DNA of 64,000 bases from an uncultured Clostridium sp. (GCA_947571115.1 CANOWW010000010.1:6142-70141); one strand, 5' to 3'. Counted from the first letter of the stretch, positions 29,355 to 41,134 are shown. Made by a program: numbers and translations. Notes: generated by a model not told the origin, from the sequence alone.

Positions 29355-30953
29355 ATGTCTACAAATGAACCAAAAGCTGATACCAAAACAAAAAATAAAA
29401 AATTGTGGAAAATAATAATTATTACTCTTATATTTATCATTCTTTTACTTTTTTCAACTATTTTTTCACTACTGAATTTAAGCAAGCAAACCATTGCTAA
29501 AGGAGTTTGTATCAAAGGAATTGATGTTTCTAATTTAACCCTAGAAGAAGCAACCAACAAAATCAACGAAGCCATTAATATTGAATTAATGCAACCTATC
29601 CAGCTAAGTTATGGCGAAGATTATACCACTGACTTTGACATTCACCAAATCGATTATACTTATGATGTAACAAATAGTGTTACAGAAGCTTATAATATTG
29701 GTAAGGACAATAATATTATTATCAATAATTATACCTTACTTGCCACTGCTTTTTTAGGCAAAAATATAGAAATAACAAGCCATTATAATGAAACTTCTCT
29801 CGATAACATCTTAGATGATATCGCTTCTAAAATTCCTGGCTTAGTTGTTCAAGCAAGCTATTATATAGAAGGAAACGAACTATTCATTGATAAAGGTCAA
29901 TCTGGAATCGCACTCAAAAAAGAGGCTCTAAAAAACGATATTTTGCAACATATTCAAAATCGCAATGCGACAGAAATTATCCAGAATAGTCAAGAAGATA
30001 TCATCGAAATTCAAGTTGACAATCTAAATCCAGAACCAATTGATTTAGACAAAATTTATGCAGAAGTTCACTCAGAACCACAAGACGCTTATTATATCGA
30101 ACAACCCTTTCAAATTTTTAAAGAAAAAGACGGTGTCGATTTCGCCATTTCCATGGAGGAAGCCAAAGCTATCATTGCTGACGAAACCAAAACAGAATAC
30201 ACCATTCCGCTAAAATTAACACCAGCTGCAAAAACTATTGACGATATTGGAACCGAAGCATTCCCCTATGAAATCGCTTTCTTTTCAACCAAATACGATG
30301 CTAGCAATAAAAATCGAAGTGGTAATTTAAAAATAGCAGCTGACAAAATTAATGGTGTTGTTCTTATGCCAGGCGAAGAATTTTCCTTCAACGAAGTCGT
30401 TGGAAAAAGAACCATAGAAGATGGTTACACCAACGCCAAAATTTATGAAAACGGAAAAGTTGTGGATGGTTTAGCAGGTGGCATCTGTCAAATCTCCTCT
30501 ACCCTTTACAACGCTGTACTACTTGCCAATTTAGAAATTACACAAAGACGTAACCATTCCTATACCACCAGTTACGTACCAGCTGGTCGTGATGCAACTG
30601 TTGTTTATGGTGTACAGGATTTCAAATTTAAAAATTCAAGAACTTATCCTATTAAATTTGAAGCAAATGTGGCAAACGGAATTGTTGAATTTAGAATTCA
30701 TGGTATTAAAGAAGAAATTGAATATGCCATTAAAATTATCCCTGTTACTACGCAAACCATTCCTTACGAAACGCAATACGTGCCAGATCCTACCCTTGCT
30801 CCGGGTCAACAAGTCGTGACTCAAGCTGGGCACAGTGGCTACAAAGTAACCACCTATCTCGAAAAAAGATTAGCTGGAACTGTTATTTCCAAAGAAATTC
30901 TATCCAATGATAGTTATAATGCCATGCCAACAATTGTTAACATAGGACCATAA
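29355..30953 (+). CDS. VanW-family protein with N-terminal TM anchor and C-terminal G5 domain
   Basis: GGICQISSTLYNAVLLANLEITQRRNHS is the VanW core. The C-terminal QVVTQAGHSGYKVTTY is G5-like. Confidence 0.8.
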   Translation: MSTNEPKADTKTKNKKLWKIIIITLIFIILLLFSTIFSLLNLSKQTIAKGVCIKGIDVSNLTLEEATNKINEAINIELMQPIQLSYGEDYTTDFDIHQIDYTYDVTNSVTEAYNIGKDNNIIINNYTLLATAFLGKNIEITSHYNETSLDNILDDIASKIPGLVVQASYYIEGNELFIDKGQSGIALKKEALKNDILQHIQNRNATEIIQNSQEDIIEIQVDNLNPEPIDLDKIYAEVHSEPQDAYYIEQPFQIFKEKDGVDFAISMEEAKAIIADETKTEYTIPLKLTPAAKTIDDIGTEAFPYEIAFFSTKYDASNKNRSGNLKIAADKINGVVLMPGEEFSFNEVVGKRTIEDGYTNAKIYENGKVVDGLAGGICQISSTLYNAVLLANLEITQRRNHSYTTSYVPAGRDATVVYGVQDFKFKNSRTYPIKFEANVANGIVEFRIHGIKEEIEYAIKIIPVTTQTIPYETQYVPDPTLAPGQQVVTQAGHSGYKVTTYLEKRLAGTVISKEILSNDSYNAMPTIVNIGP

Positions 30954-31046
30954 AAAAATTATGAATATTTTTTATGGAAACTATTTACATAATTACTTTT
31001 TTGTGGTATAATGATAATAAGGTATAATAGAAATGGAGGATTTATA

Positions 31047-34000
31047 ATGAAAAAAAGTATGGAAAATAAGAAAAAAGATAATCGATTTTTAATAAAAATC
31101 GTTATTTGTCTTGCTCTGTTATTCATCGTATTTTTATTAAACAATGCTTCTTCTATATCTTTTGCAAAAGAAGAAGCGGAATTTTGTTATTTGTCAGATA
31201 TTCCTTATGTAGCAGACCAATCATCAGTAGGTTGGAGAGAAGTAACTTTAGATAAAACACCAGATAATACGGCACTTTCCGTAAAAGTTGAAGGAGCAAA
31301 TTATACCTTTGAAAAAGGAATTTTTGCACATGCTACTTCTACCGTAGTCTACGACTTAACAGATTATGCAGAATATGACTACTTTACAGCCTATCTTGGC
31401 TTAAACACAACATCAACAAGAGGAGATGGTGTTGTATTTGATGTTTTAACATCATCGAATGGAACAAATTGGGAATCTCAATTGGAGAATGGACCAATTG
31501 ATAAACAACCAGGACAGAATGCGACTTTTGTAAAAATAGATATCAGAAATGCAAAATATTTAAAATTATATGCAGATGATAAAGCATCCAATGCAAGTGA
31601 CCATTCTGTCTACGCAGATGCAAAATTAGTAAAAGAAAGTTATGATGACAGCAATGGAATTAAAACCGTAGCAGAATATGACCAAATTCTAAAAAATTAT
31701 GAAGGTCAAGAAATAACGGGAGATTATGAATTAACTCTATTGCAAAGAGAACTTGTAAACAAATCAGGTTCATATGCTTTGAAACGTTTTATGAATGAAA
31801 GTGAAGAAAATAGACAAATGTTTACATGGTTAATGAATAGTGTAGATAATCTTCGTCTTTACATAATGGGTGGTACACCTGATGGAGGAAGTTATTATAA
31901 TTCACTTGTTCAACTTTCTAGACTTTATAATGAATATAGTACTGATTTCTCAAATAATGAATGCTTAAATAATAAATGGTATCCAGATATGACTTATGGA
32001 GATTTATACAAAAAAATGGCAATGTCTATTGCTTTAACACATTCACAAAGAGTTGGTTTGTGGATGCAATCAGGTGTTGTAGAAAATCAATCCGATGCTC
32101 TTAGACGTTATGCGATATTCAAATATATGCATAAAAATGGAAATTTTAGAGCAATTGACAATTTAGACATCACACCATGGTTTGAAGCATTGCAAGTGGA
32201 AGAAATGCGTTTTGTTATGAATAACGCTATCGATGACGAGGAAATTCTGTGGTTAAATGCATATGTTCAAACTAAATTAGATCAATATAAAACGACAAAT
32301 TACTTAACACCTCATCCTTATATGGCTTATGTATGGCCAGATTATGGCAATAATCTTTATTATACCGAAGAAAACAGAGAATATTTTAACGAATTATTTG
32401 CTATAAATGGTACTGGATTATTTGATTTAAATTATACAATACCAGGTGGTAAAACAAATCCAACTTATAATTTATCCGTAACAAGAGGAACTACAGATAA
32501 TAAGATATACAAAGTATGGATGAATTTCAGAAACAAATTTGGAACAGGTGCAGTTTGTGGTGGTATCTCAAAAAGTGGTTCTAATATTCGTACAACACAT
32601 GGTATACCAGCAGCTGTTATTGGTCAACCAGGACACGCAGCCATTATCTACTATACAAAAGATGCTCAAGGTAAAGGGTACTGGAATCTTGATAATGATG
32701 TCAGTGGTTGGACTTTATCCGAAAAAGGTGAAAGATTACTTCTTGGTTGGGGAAATGCTAATACCAATTATGCAAGAGGTTCTTATCAAGTAGTCTATAT
32801 GGCACTTGCCCAAGAAGCTTTAAATGATTATACAAATTTTGAAAAGTGTGAAAAAATGCTTATGCTTGCTAATTCATATCAAGATGATTTAGCAAAACAA
32901 GAAGAAATTTATCGAAAAGCTTTAAAAATACAACCCTTTAACTTGGATGCTTGGCTTGGCTTGATTAATGTTTATAATGCAAATGAAAACAAAACAGAAA
33001 ATGAATATTTTGATTTAGCCAAAGAATTGGCAGAAAATTTAAAATATTTCCCACTACCAATGCAACATTTGACCAATTTAATCAAACCACATTTAACCAG
33101 TATTGAAAATCAATATCGTTTTACACTTTTGCAAACTAGAATTTTAACAGAAGGAAGTCAAACACCTAATAATACAGCTGATAACTATTATGTTTATCAA
33201 CCAAGTCTTACCAGATTAGAAGCAAATTATTTATTAGGAAAGTTAGATAAAACAATTGCAACATTCTCATTTGATGGAGAGGATAGTGGTAAAATTGTGT
33301 TAGCAAGTCGTTTTGATGGAAATGGAGTTCGCTGGGATTATAGTTTAGATGGAAAACAAACATGGAACGAGGTTTCGTTTACCGCAGAAGAAGAGCACAA
33401 ATTACAGTTAACATCAGAACAAATTGCAGGTATCACATCAGAAAACGATATTTATGTTCATATTGTTGGTGTTAATTATGATGAGGAAAATTTATATAAA
33501 ATCGATATTCAAGAATCAAGCGGATTGCCAGCGACTTTATATGCTAATGATTTAGAAAATAAATTGCTAGCAGCTGTTCCTGCCATGCAATGGAAATATC
33601 GAGAAGAAGATAACTGGACATTTTATCGTGATAGTGAGCCAGATTTAACAGGTGACAAAACAGTTATTGTTAGAATGGGTGCGACTGGTGTGCATTTAGC
33701 AAGCACAACAAGCTCAAGCTTTACATTTACACAAGATAATTTGCCAGAAAACAGAAAATATATTCCAATTTCGCATTTATCAATTCACGGCGTTTCAAGT
33801 GAAGCAACAAATAATGGAGGTGCTGCGGCATTTGCAATTGACGGAAATGCGAATACAAGATATCATTCTGCTTGGAATGGTAGTGATACAGAACGTTATA
33901 TGATTGTTAAATTAGATGAACCAGTTTATTTATCAGCCGTCGAATTTATTCCTGCTGGTGGCGGAAATGGCAAAATCTATGATGGTACCATTTATGGAAG

Positions 34001-35582
34001 TATAGATGGCGAAAATTGGGAAATTTTATCAAGACAAACGAATCTAAGTTATACCAATCAAGCAAATACAGTTGAACAGGCAATTGCCAATACAAAAGCG
34101 TTTGAAGTGGATAATCCATATAAAGTACAATATGTGAAGATTGTTGCTGATCGAACCAATGGAAATTGGTTTGCTGCTAGAATGTTTAATTTTTACGAGG
34201 ATAAAACGGTAAAAACATCTGTAAAATTCTCATTTGATGGAGAAAATGCAGGAAAAATTATATTAGAAGACGAATTTGAAAATGCAAATTGGAGTTATAG
34301 CATTGATGGAGGAACAACTTGGAACTCTGCACATGGAAAAAAGCATCCATTAACTGCTCAAGAAATAGACCAAATTAATGAAAGTGATAAAATTAGGGTT
34401 CGTTTTGAAGGAGATGTAGCAGAATATACTATCCATATCAAAACTGGAGAAGTTCCTCAAATTACGCCATATGTGAATAACTTAGAAAATCGATTAATTG
34501 GATTGAACAATGTAAATACATTAGAGTGGAAATTGTCAGGCGAAAGTGCTTGGAAATCTTATGCAGAACAAGAACCTGTTGTAATAGGAAATCATATATT
34601 GTTAGTTAGAACAAAAGGAACAGGAATTTATACACCAAGCGAAAGTTTAGAGTATGAATTTACAGAAGATAATCAACCAGATACAGCAAAATATATTCCT
34701 ATTAAACATTTGTCAATTCACGATTTTTCAACACAATCTGTAGATTCTAGTAGACCTTTCTATGCACCAAATACAATTGATGGAAACATCAACACAATTT
34801 GGCATACAGATTTTAGAGAGAATGTTTTAGAACAAGAAGTAAAACCATTTATTACAATTAAATTAGATGAACCAAAATATATTTCTACTTTAGAATTTGT
34901 TCAGAAAAAATATAGAGAAAATGATCCAGATGCTATTAAAAATGGAATTGTATATGTAAGCATGGATGGCGAAAATTGGACTGAAGCAGGAAGAATAGAA
35001 AATTGTGAACAAAATGAAGAATTTAAGCAAATTGAATTTAACGAAAGTGTGCAAGCACAATATGTAAAATTGGAAATGGAAACTTATGGTTTATTTGCTT
35101 CAGCAGCTATGATAAATTTATATGAAGATACAACCAAAAATGAAAATCCTGATGTACCAGTTGACCCAGACATTCCAGAAGGAATTACGTCTGATATTTA
35201 TACCATTGAAGAAGGATTTATCTCAAGAATTAAACCAGAAACAACAGTAAATAACTTTAAACAAAATGTAGAAACCCAGCTACCAATGGTATTTTTAGAT
35301 AAAGACGGAAATGAATTGAATGAAAATGATGTGATAGCAACTGGTATGACGTTAAAAGTTGGAACTACTTTAGAATTTACACTGATTGTAATTGGTGATA
35401 TCAATGGCGATGGAAGAATTGGCCTTGTTGATTTTGCCAAATTGAAATTGCATTACATCGAAAAAGAGTTGCTAACAGGAAATGCCCTAAAAGCTGCAGA
35501 TATTGACGGAAACGGAAGTGTTTCAATCAACGATTTGGCACAAATCAAATTAGTGTTAATTGGTTCAATGGAAATTAAATAA
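31047..35582 (+). CDS. 1511-aa secreted multidomain protein: NPCBM-like module, transglutaminase-like Cys-His-Asp core, two tandem super-repeats each ending in an F5/8 type C (discoidin) domain, and a C-terminal type I dockerin
   Basis: Signal/TM segment after ATG 31047 (GGAGGA RBS). CYLSDIPYVADQSSVGWREVTLDK...GIFAHA is NPCBM-like. GAVCGGISKSG...GQPGHAAIIYY...NLDND is the candidate catalytic triad. AIDGNANTRYHSAWNG and TIDGNINTIWHTDF mark the discoidin domains. GDINGDGRIGLVDF...DIDGNGSVSINDL is the dockerin. Confidence 0.75.
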   Translation: MKKSMENKKKDNRFLIKIVICLALLFIVFLLNNASSISFAKEEAEFCYLSDIPYVADQSSVGWREVTLDKTPDNTALSVKVEGANYTFEKGIFAHATSTVVYDLTDYAEYDYFTAYLGLNTTSTRGDGVVFDVLTSSNGTNWESQLENGPIDKQPGQNATFVKIDIRNAKYLKLYADDKASNASDHSVYADAKLVKESYDDSNGIKTVAEYDQILKNYEGQEITGDYELTLLQRELVNKSGSYALKRFMNESEENRQMFTWLMNSVDNLRLYIMGGTPDGGSYYNSLVQLSRLYNEYSTDFSNNECLNNKWYPDMTYGDLYKKMAMSIALTHSQRVGLWMQSGVVENQSDALRRYAIFKYMHKNGNFRAIDNLDITPWFEALQVEEMRFVMNNAIDDEEILWLNAYVQTKLDQYKTTNYLTPHPYMAYVWPDYGNNLYYTEENREYFNELFAINGTGLFDLNYTIPGGKTNPTYNLSVTRGTTDNKIYKVWMNFRNKFGTGAVCGGISKSGSNIRTTHGIPAAVIGQPGHAAIIYYTKDAQGKGYWNLDNDVSGWTLSEKGERLLLGWGNANTNYARGSYQVVYMALAQEALNDYTNFEKCEKMLMLANSYQDDLAKQEEIYRKALKIQPFNLDAWLGLINVYNANENKTENEYFDLAKELAENLKYFPLPMQHLTNLIKPHLTSIENQYRFTLLQTRILTEGSQTPNNTADNYYVYQPSLTRLEANYLLGKLDKTIATFSFDGEDSGKIVLASRFDGNGVRWDYSLDGKQTWNEVSFTAEEEHKLQLTSEQIAGITSENDIYVHIVGVNYDEENLYKIDIQESSGLPATLYANDLENKLLAAVPAMQWKYREEDNWTFYRDSEPDLTGDKTVIVRMGATGVHLASTTSSSFTFTQDNLPENRKYIPISHLSIHGVSSEATNNGGAAAFAIDGNANTRYHSAWNGSDTERYMIVKLDEPVYLSAVEFIPAGGGNGKIYDGTIYGSIDGENWEILSRQTNLSYTNQANTVEQAIANTKAFEVDNPYKVQYVKIVADRTNGNWFAARMFNFYEDKTVKTSVKFSFDGENAGKIILEDEFENANWSYSIDGGTTWNSAHGKKHPLTAQEIDQINESDKIRVRFEGDVAEYTIHIKTGEVPQITPYVNNLENRLIGLNNVNTLEWKLSGESAWKSYAEQEPVVIGNHILLVRTKGTGIYTPSESLEYEFTEDNQPDTAKYIPIKHLSIHDFSTQSVDSSRPFYAPNTIDGNINTIWHTDFRENVLEQEVKPFITIKLDEPKYISTLEFVQKKYRENDPDAIKNGIVYVSMDGENWTEAGRIENCEQNEEFKQIEFNESVQAQYVKLEMETYGLFASAAMINLYEDTTKNENPDVPVDPDIPEGITSDIYTIEEGFISRIKPETTVNNFKQNVETQLPMVFLDKDGNELNENDVIATGMTLKVGTTLEFTLIVIGDINGDGRIGLVDFAKLKLHYIEKELLTGNALKAADIDGNGSVSINDLAQIKLVLIGSMEIK

Positions 35583-35594
35583 ATCTATAAAAAT

Positions 35595-35626
35595 AAACCA
35601 CGAATAAATTCTCGTGGTTTATTTTT
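35595..35626 (+). terminator. rho-independent terminator
   Basis: AAACCACGAataaattcTCGTGGTTT followed by ATTTTTC. Confidence 0.7.
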
Positions 35627-35639
35627 CTTTTGTCCTTTT

Positions 35640-35957
35640 TTAAAATAGCTCCAAAAATGCTGCAACCTTCTCTTCCCCATATAACGCAAGATAAACGATT
35701 AAGCAAATTTCTGTAATCAAAATCGTCGGAAATCCAATTACAAAGCGCATTTTTTTTGTTTTATGGCGAAATGTATACATGCCAGCAAGCGTGCCAATTC
35801 CGCCACCTAAAAACGTAATCATAAAAAGTGTCTTTTCTGGCACTCTCCATCTCCCCCATTTGGCTTGATGTTTGTCATACCACATGGTTAAAAATCCGAA
35901 TAAATTAATGACAGCAAAATATATCAAAATATATTTAATTGGTATTCCAAAAAACAT
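35640..35957 (-). CDS. DUF1294-family membrane protein
   Basis: WYDKHQAKWGRWRVPEKTLFMITFLGGGIGTLAGMYTFRHKTKK is characteristic. The start at ATG 35957 follows AAAGGAGAGAGG. Confidence 0.75.
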   Translation of the reverse strand: MFFGIPIKYILIYFAVINLFGFLTMWYDKHQAKWGRWRVPEKTLFMITFLGGGIGTLAGMYTFRHKTKKMRFVIGFPTILITEICLIVYLALYGEEKVAAFLELF

Positions 35958-36044
35958 TTTCCTCTCTCCTTTTATATTATTCGTTTTGCCAAATAACACA
36001 AATAGTTTCCATGTATTATCCTGAATTACGAATGATGCTTCCAC

Positions 36045-36190
36045 CTACTCGCGCGCTTATCGCGCGGGCACAAACTAGATACAAAACAACCAACTCGGCA
36101 AACCAATGTCTCGCCGACCGAGGCGCTGGGGTCAAGGGGACAGCGTCCCCTGTGGGGATTCATAAGGGGCAAAGCCCCTTATGTGTTTTA
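36045..36190. other. GC-rich structured intergenic element (unclassified candidate RNA)
   Basis: Four strong hairpins in an otherwise AT-rich genome: CTCGCGCG/CGCGCGGG, CTCGG...CCGAG, AGGGGAC/GTCCCCT and CATAAGGGGC/GCCCCTTATG. The last is followed by TGTTTT on the plus strand. Confidence 0.4.
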
Positions 36191-39100
36191 CACAAATAGT
36201 GACATTTGATTGCTTTGTGTCATTCCTTTCAAACACCCAAATTTCTGCAATAATTCTGTAATCGCTTTTCCCACTTTAGAACGCGCCTGCATATCGTCAA
36301 TACATTCAAACGGCTCTTCTTGCGCCGCCTCAAAAATACTCTCTGCTGCCACATCTCCCAAGCCTGCAATACTGTTTAGTGGTGGTCGTATCGCTCCATC
36401 CTCCACACGAAATCTCGTGCTATGTGATTTATACAAATCTACTTCCAAGAATGAAAATCCCCTCTCGTACATCTCAATCACAATTTCCAAATCTTCGTGC
36501 ATCTTTAAATCTTTATCCGTCGCCTCATTTCCCATCATTTCAATTTCGCGCATTTTATTTTTCGCCTTTTCCTTGCCGTAAATCATAAACTCACTATCAA
36601 AAGCCTTGGCTCTGATAGAAAAATACGCTGCATAATAAGCAAGTGGATCATGCACTTTGTAATACGCAATACGAAAAGCATTTGTCACATAAGCTGCCGC
36701 ATGCGCCTTTGGGAACATATACTTGATTTTCTTGCACGAATTAATATACCATTCTGGCACATCATGCTCACGCATAATCTGCTGATATTCTTCCCACTTC
36801 GGCTCTTTCCCACCAGCAATTTTCCCTTTACGCACAGACTCCATAATCTTAAACGCTGTATTTGGTGGCAAACCTTTATCCATCAGATAAATCATGATGT
36901 CATCTCTGGTGCAAATCGCTTCACTCAAAGTCGCGGTTCCCGACTTAATTAAATCTTGCGCATTTCCCAGCCAAACGTCTGTACCATGGGACAAGCCTGA
37001 CAGACGGATTAATTCCTCAAACGTGGTTGGTTTGGTCTCCAAAAGCATGCCTCGGCTAAAACCTGTACCAAATTCCGGAACACCATACGTTCCCACTTCT
37101 GATTTAATTTGCTCTGGCGTTACCCCTAAAGCATCAGTCGAACTGAAAATCGACATCGTTTGTTTATCGTCAAGTGGAATTTTTGTAGGGTCTGTGCCTG
37201 TCAAGTCCTGCAACATTCTTATCATCGTCGGATCATCATGGCCCAAAATATCGAGTTTTAGCAAGTTTTGGTCAATGGAGTGATAATCAAAATGAGTGGT
37301 AATCATGTCAGAATCGGTTTTATCAGCTGGATGCTGCACAGGGCAAAATTCATAAATTTCGCGCCCCTTTGGCACAACGATAATACCTCCCGGATGCTGC
37401 CCAGTCGTTCTTTTGACATCCAAGCAACCTTGCGAAATCCTTGCAATTTCTGCCTTTGGAAGTGGCACATGGCGTTCTTCATAATATTTGCGTACATAGC
37501 CAAATGCTGTTTTATCCTGCACACCGGAAACCGTTCCTGCCTTAAATGTCGTACCTTTTCCGAAAATCACTTCGGTGTATTTGTGCGCTTTTGCTTGATA
37601 TTCTCCCGAGAAATTCAAGTCAATATCAGGCTCTTTGTCCCCATTAAAACCAAGAAACGTTTCAAATGGAATATCCATGCCGTCTTTGTCAAGTCGATGC
37701 CCGCATTTTGGGCAATCTTTGTCAGGCAAATCAAATCCATTTTTGACACCATAATCTGAAAAATCAGAATATTTGCAATTGGGGCAACGGTAATGAGCTT
37801 TTAGCGAATTTACCTCTGTAATACCTGTCATATTGGCTACAAACGACGACCCAACAGAACCTCTGGAACCTACAATATAACCATCTTCATTCGATTTCCA
37901 AACAAGCTTTTGCGCAATGATATACATCACCGAAAAACCATTTTTGATAATCGAATCAAGCTCTTTGTCAAGTCTTGTTTGCACAATTTCTGGAAGCGGG
38001 TCACCATACAATTCATGCGCTTTTTGGTAAGCAATATTGCGGATTTCCTCCTCACAACCCGGAATATGTGGCGGACATTTTTCTGGCGAAATTGGACTGA
38101 TAGCTTCGCACATATCAGAAATTAAATTCGTATTTTTCACCACAATCTCATACGCTTTTTCGTAACCCAAATAATCAAATTCTTTAATCATTTCTTCTGT
38201 GGTTCGCAAATATAATGGCGCCTGCATGTCAGCATCATCGTAACCGTTGTCCCGCCTGCAAAATGCGACGATAAATTTCGTCTTGTGGATCCAGAAAATG
38301 CACATCACAAGTTGCCACAACTGGCTTGTTCAGCTTTTCCCCTAACTCAACGATTTTGCGATTAATATCTTTCAAAGCCTCTTTATTAGGCACGATTTCG
38401 GTTCGTACCAAATAGTCATTATTGCCAAGTGGCTGAATTTCCAAATAATCATAATATTCCGCAATCGCTTCAATTTCCTCTTCTGGCTTGCCATCTCGAA
38501 CCGCTATGTAGAGTTCCCCTGCCTCGCACGCACTACCAATAATCAACCCCTCACGATGTTTGTCTAACACGCTTTTCAAAATACGCGGCTTTTTGTAAAA
38601 ATAATCCAAATGCGAATACGAAATGAGCTTATACAAATTTTTCAATCCCACATAATTTTGCGCCAAAATAATCATATGATTGGTTGCTAAAGATTTAAAA
38701 TCAGCCTTGAATTTCGTGTCAAAATCACTAATTTTTTGAACACCTTTTTCTTTCCCAATTTCAATCATTTTTTCAAAAACACCAACCAAAGTTTTGACGT
38801 CATCTAAGGCACGATGCGCCACTTCTACAACAATCCCTAGTTTGTCCGCCAAAATGCCTAATTTGAATTTTTTGAAATGTGGAAACATAGCTCTTGCCAA
38901 TGGCAACGTATCAATATAGGTATATTTGAATTCATACCCATATTTTTCAAAATTATGCTTCAAAAACGCCATATCAAATTTAGCATTATGCGCTACCAAA
39001 ACATCATCCCCCATGAACTCAATCATTTTCGGAATGACTTTGTCAATGGTTTCCGCGTCTTTTACCATGTCATTTGTAATATGTGTAACCTCCACAACCC

Positions 39101-40535
39101 TTTGCGGGATTGGCTTTTCAGGATTGACAAAACATTCAAATTGGTCAATTACTTCCCCATTTTTAATTTTCATCATACCCACTTCTGTGATTTTCTCCGT
39201 GATTGGCGAAAATCCTGTTGTCTCCAAATCTAGCACACAATATTCTGTATCAACTGATTGTCCCTTATCTTTTTTGACAGAGCGCTCATTATCTCTTACA
39301 AAATATGCCTCCACGCCATACAAAACTTTCAAATCTGCGCCTGTGCTTTTCAAAAATTTATGAGCTTCTGGAAAAGATTGCACAACACCATGGTCGGTAA
39401 TCGCCATTGATTTCCAACCCCAATCAATGGCGCGTTTTAGCAAATCCGTACAGGATGTTACAGCATCCATTTGGCTCATTTTGGTGTGCATGTGAAGTTC
39501 CACTCTTTTCTCATTTGCGTTGTCCATTCGCTTTTGCTTTTTGCGCCCCGCCGTTTCGATAATCGTATTTGCCACAACACCAATTTCTTTATCATACGGA
39601 TTGTATTTTGCATTTCCGTCAATTTTTAAACCTTTTGCAGATTTTATTCGTTTTTCGATTTTTTTGGCTTCTTCCGCTTTGAAAAACGCTTTGCAAGTCA
39701 TAGTGCTGGTTCCGTCATACAAATCAAAATCAAAAATCATCTTTTCTTTGTTGTTGCGCAGTTCCTTCAATTCACCAATTCGCACAATTTCGCCATCTAA
39801 GCAAACGCGCTCTGTATCAACCGAAATATCTGCAATTTTGATTGGGTCACTTTTGATGTTCATGCTTCTGCCAAAGATTAGTGGCGTGATTTCTTCTGGC
39901 TCATCTAGATTTGCATCAGCTGCTTCTGCCTGCATTTGCGCTTCCATTTCTTTTTCTTGCGATTGTAAATCTGCCTTCTCTTGTTCTGCCTCTTCCTGCA
40001 ATCTTTGAGCGAATTCCTGCTCTTGCTGTTTCAAATGTTCTTCAAATTTTTCGATGTATTTTTCATCCAAATCATCTTGAAACGTGACTTTATAATTTTC
40101 GTTATATAAATTGAGCAAAAGATGTTCCAAGCCCTTATCAAATTTTTTGGTCAACAAAAAATCAGCACCTTTCATTGCCAATTTTACACTTAATTCTTTT
40201 CCCTTGATTTCAACATGACTTTGGTTTAAAATTGCTCGACTAAATGGCTCCTTTTTTGCAATGTAACTGACAATGTTTTTCCACTCTTTTTCCACATTTT
40301 GCTCAATCTCGACATCCTGATATTTGATATCTACGCGTGCTTGCACAACGCCAAAACGTTTGATAGCATATTTTTCAAAACTTTCGATGTCTGCTAAATT
40401 GATTGGCTGATTAGAAATCACATTAATTTGCAATTTGTTGGTCTTTTTATACAAATTGACATTTTCAATTTCGGCACTAATTAAATTATTTTCTACTGCA
40501 TAATCTGCAAAAACATCTTTCACATATTTTGGCAT
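36188..40535 (-). CDS. polC: DNA polymerase III PolC-type alpha subunit; intact only with a +1 shift at CGG (38244-38246)
   Basis: The 766-aa and 710-aa ORFs overlap and join as ...[12 protein letters not shown]|[23 protein letters not shown], giving about 1448 aa. It has the PHP domain ([10 protein letters not shown]), the DEDD exonuclease domain ([10 protein letters not shown]) and the zinc finger CPNCKY...CPKCG. Confidence 0.9.
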
Positions 40536-40556
40536 TTTGTGTTTAACATCCTTTCT

Positions 40557-41108
40557 CTAATTTATATATTGTAATATTTCTTTAAATTCTTTATATCCAT
40601 ATTTTTCATTAAAATGCCCCGCATTTTGAACAAGCACTTTTTCTGCTTTTATGTAAGTTGCAAAATCCTCTGCTTCTTGTTTTGGAACATAAGGGTCATT
40701 GTCAGAATAGAAGCAAATTCTGTCTAAACAAAGTTCTTGCAAGTTTTCTAACATTTGATTATCCATATAAAAAGAATCATATAAAGAATTATCTTCTTCA
40801 AATTTGATATTGTTAAAACCTGCAACTGTTATTAGCTTTTTAATTTTTATTTGATTTTCCATTAAAAATTTCGCAACAAAAATCCCACCAAGACTATGCG
40901 TAATAAACGTTGTTTCTTCTGTGATATAACCAATTTCTAAATACGCTTTCAAAATTTTGCTCCAACTTTCATAATCTTGCTTATAAGGCGAAGGAAAATT
41001 CGGCACAATGCAATTTAACTTTCTCTTTCCAAGCTCCTTTTTTAGCCAAGGAAGCCAATTTTTATAGGGATTTCCATACGAACCATGTATCAAAAAATAA
41101 TTGTTCAT
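40557..41108 (-). CDS. RBBP9/YdeN-family alpha/beta serine hydrolase
   Basis: IHGSYGNPYKNWLPWLKKEL plus the nucleophile elbow THSLGG. 183 aa. Confidence 0.7.
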   Translation of the reverse strand: MNNYFLIHGSYGNPYKNWLPWLKKELGKRKLNCIVPNFPSPYKQDYESWSKILKAYLEIGYITEETTFITHSLGGIFVAKFLMENQIKIKKLITVAGFNNIKFEEDNSLYDSFYMDNQMLENLQELCLDRICFYSDNDPYVPKQEAEDFATYIKAEKVLVQNAGHFNEKYGYKEFKEILQYIN

Positions 41109-41134
41109 TTTTTGCTCCTCCTTAAAGTTTTATC

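Noticed and set aside
36045-36190. Assigning the GC-rich element to a known RNA class (SRP RNA, 6S, ydaO/c-di-AMP, ZTP, fluoride, yybP-ykoY, NiCo)
   Set aside because: None of the conserved core sequences I remember for these classes is present. It is left unclassified pending a covariance-model scan.
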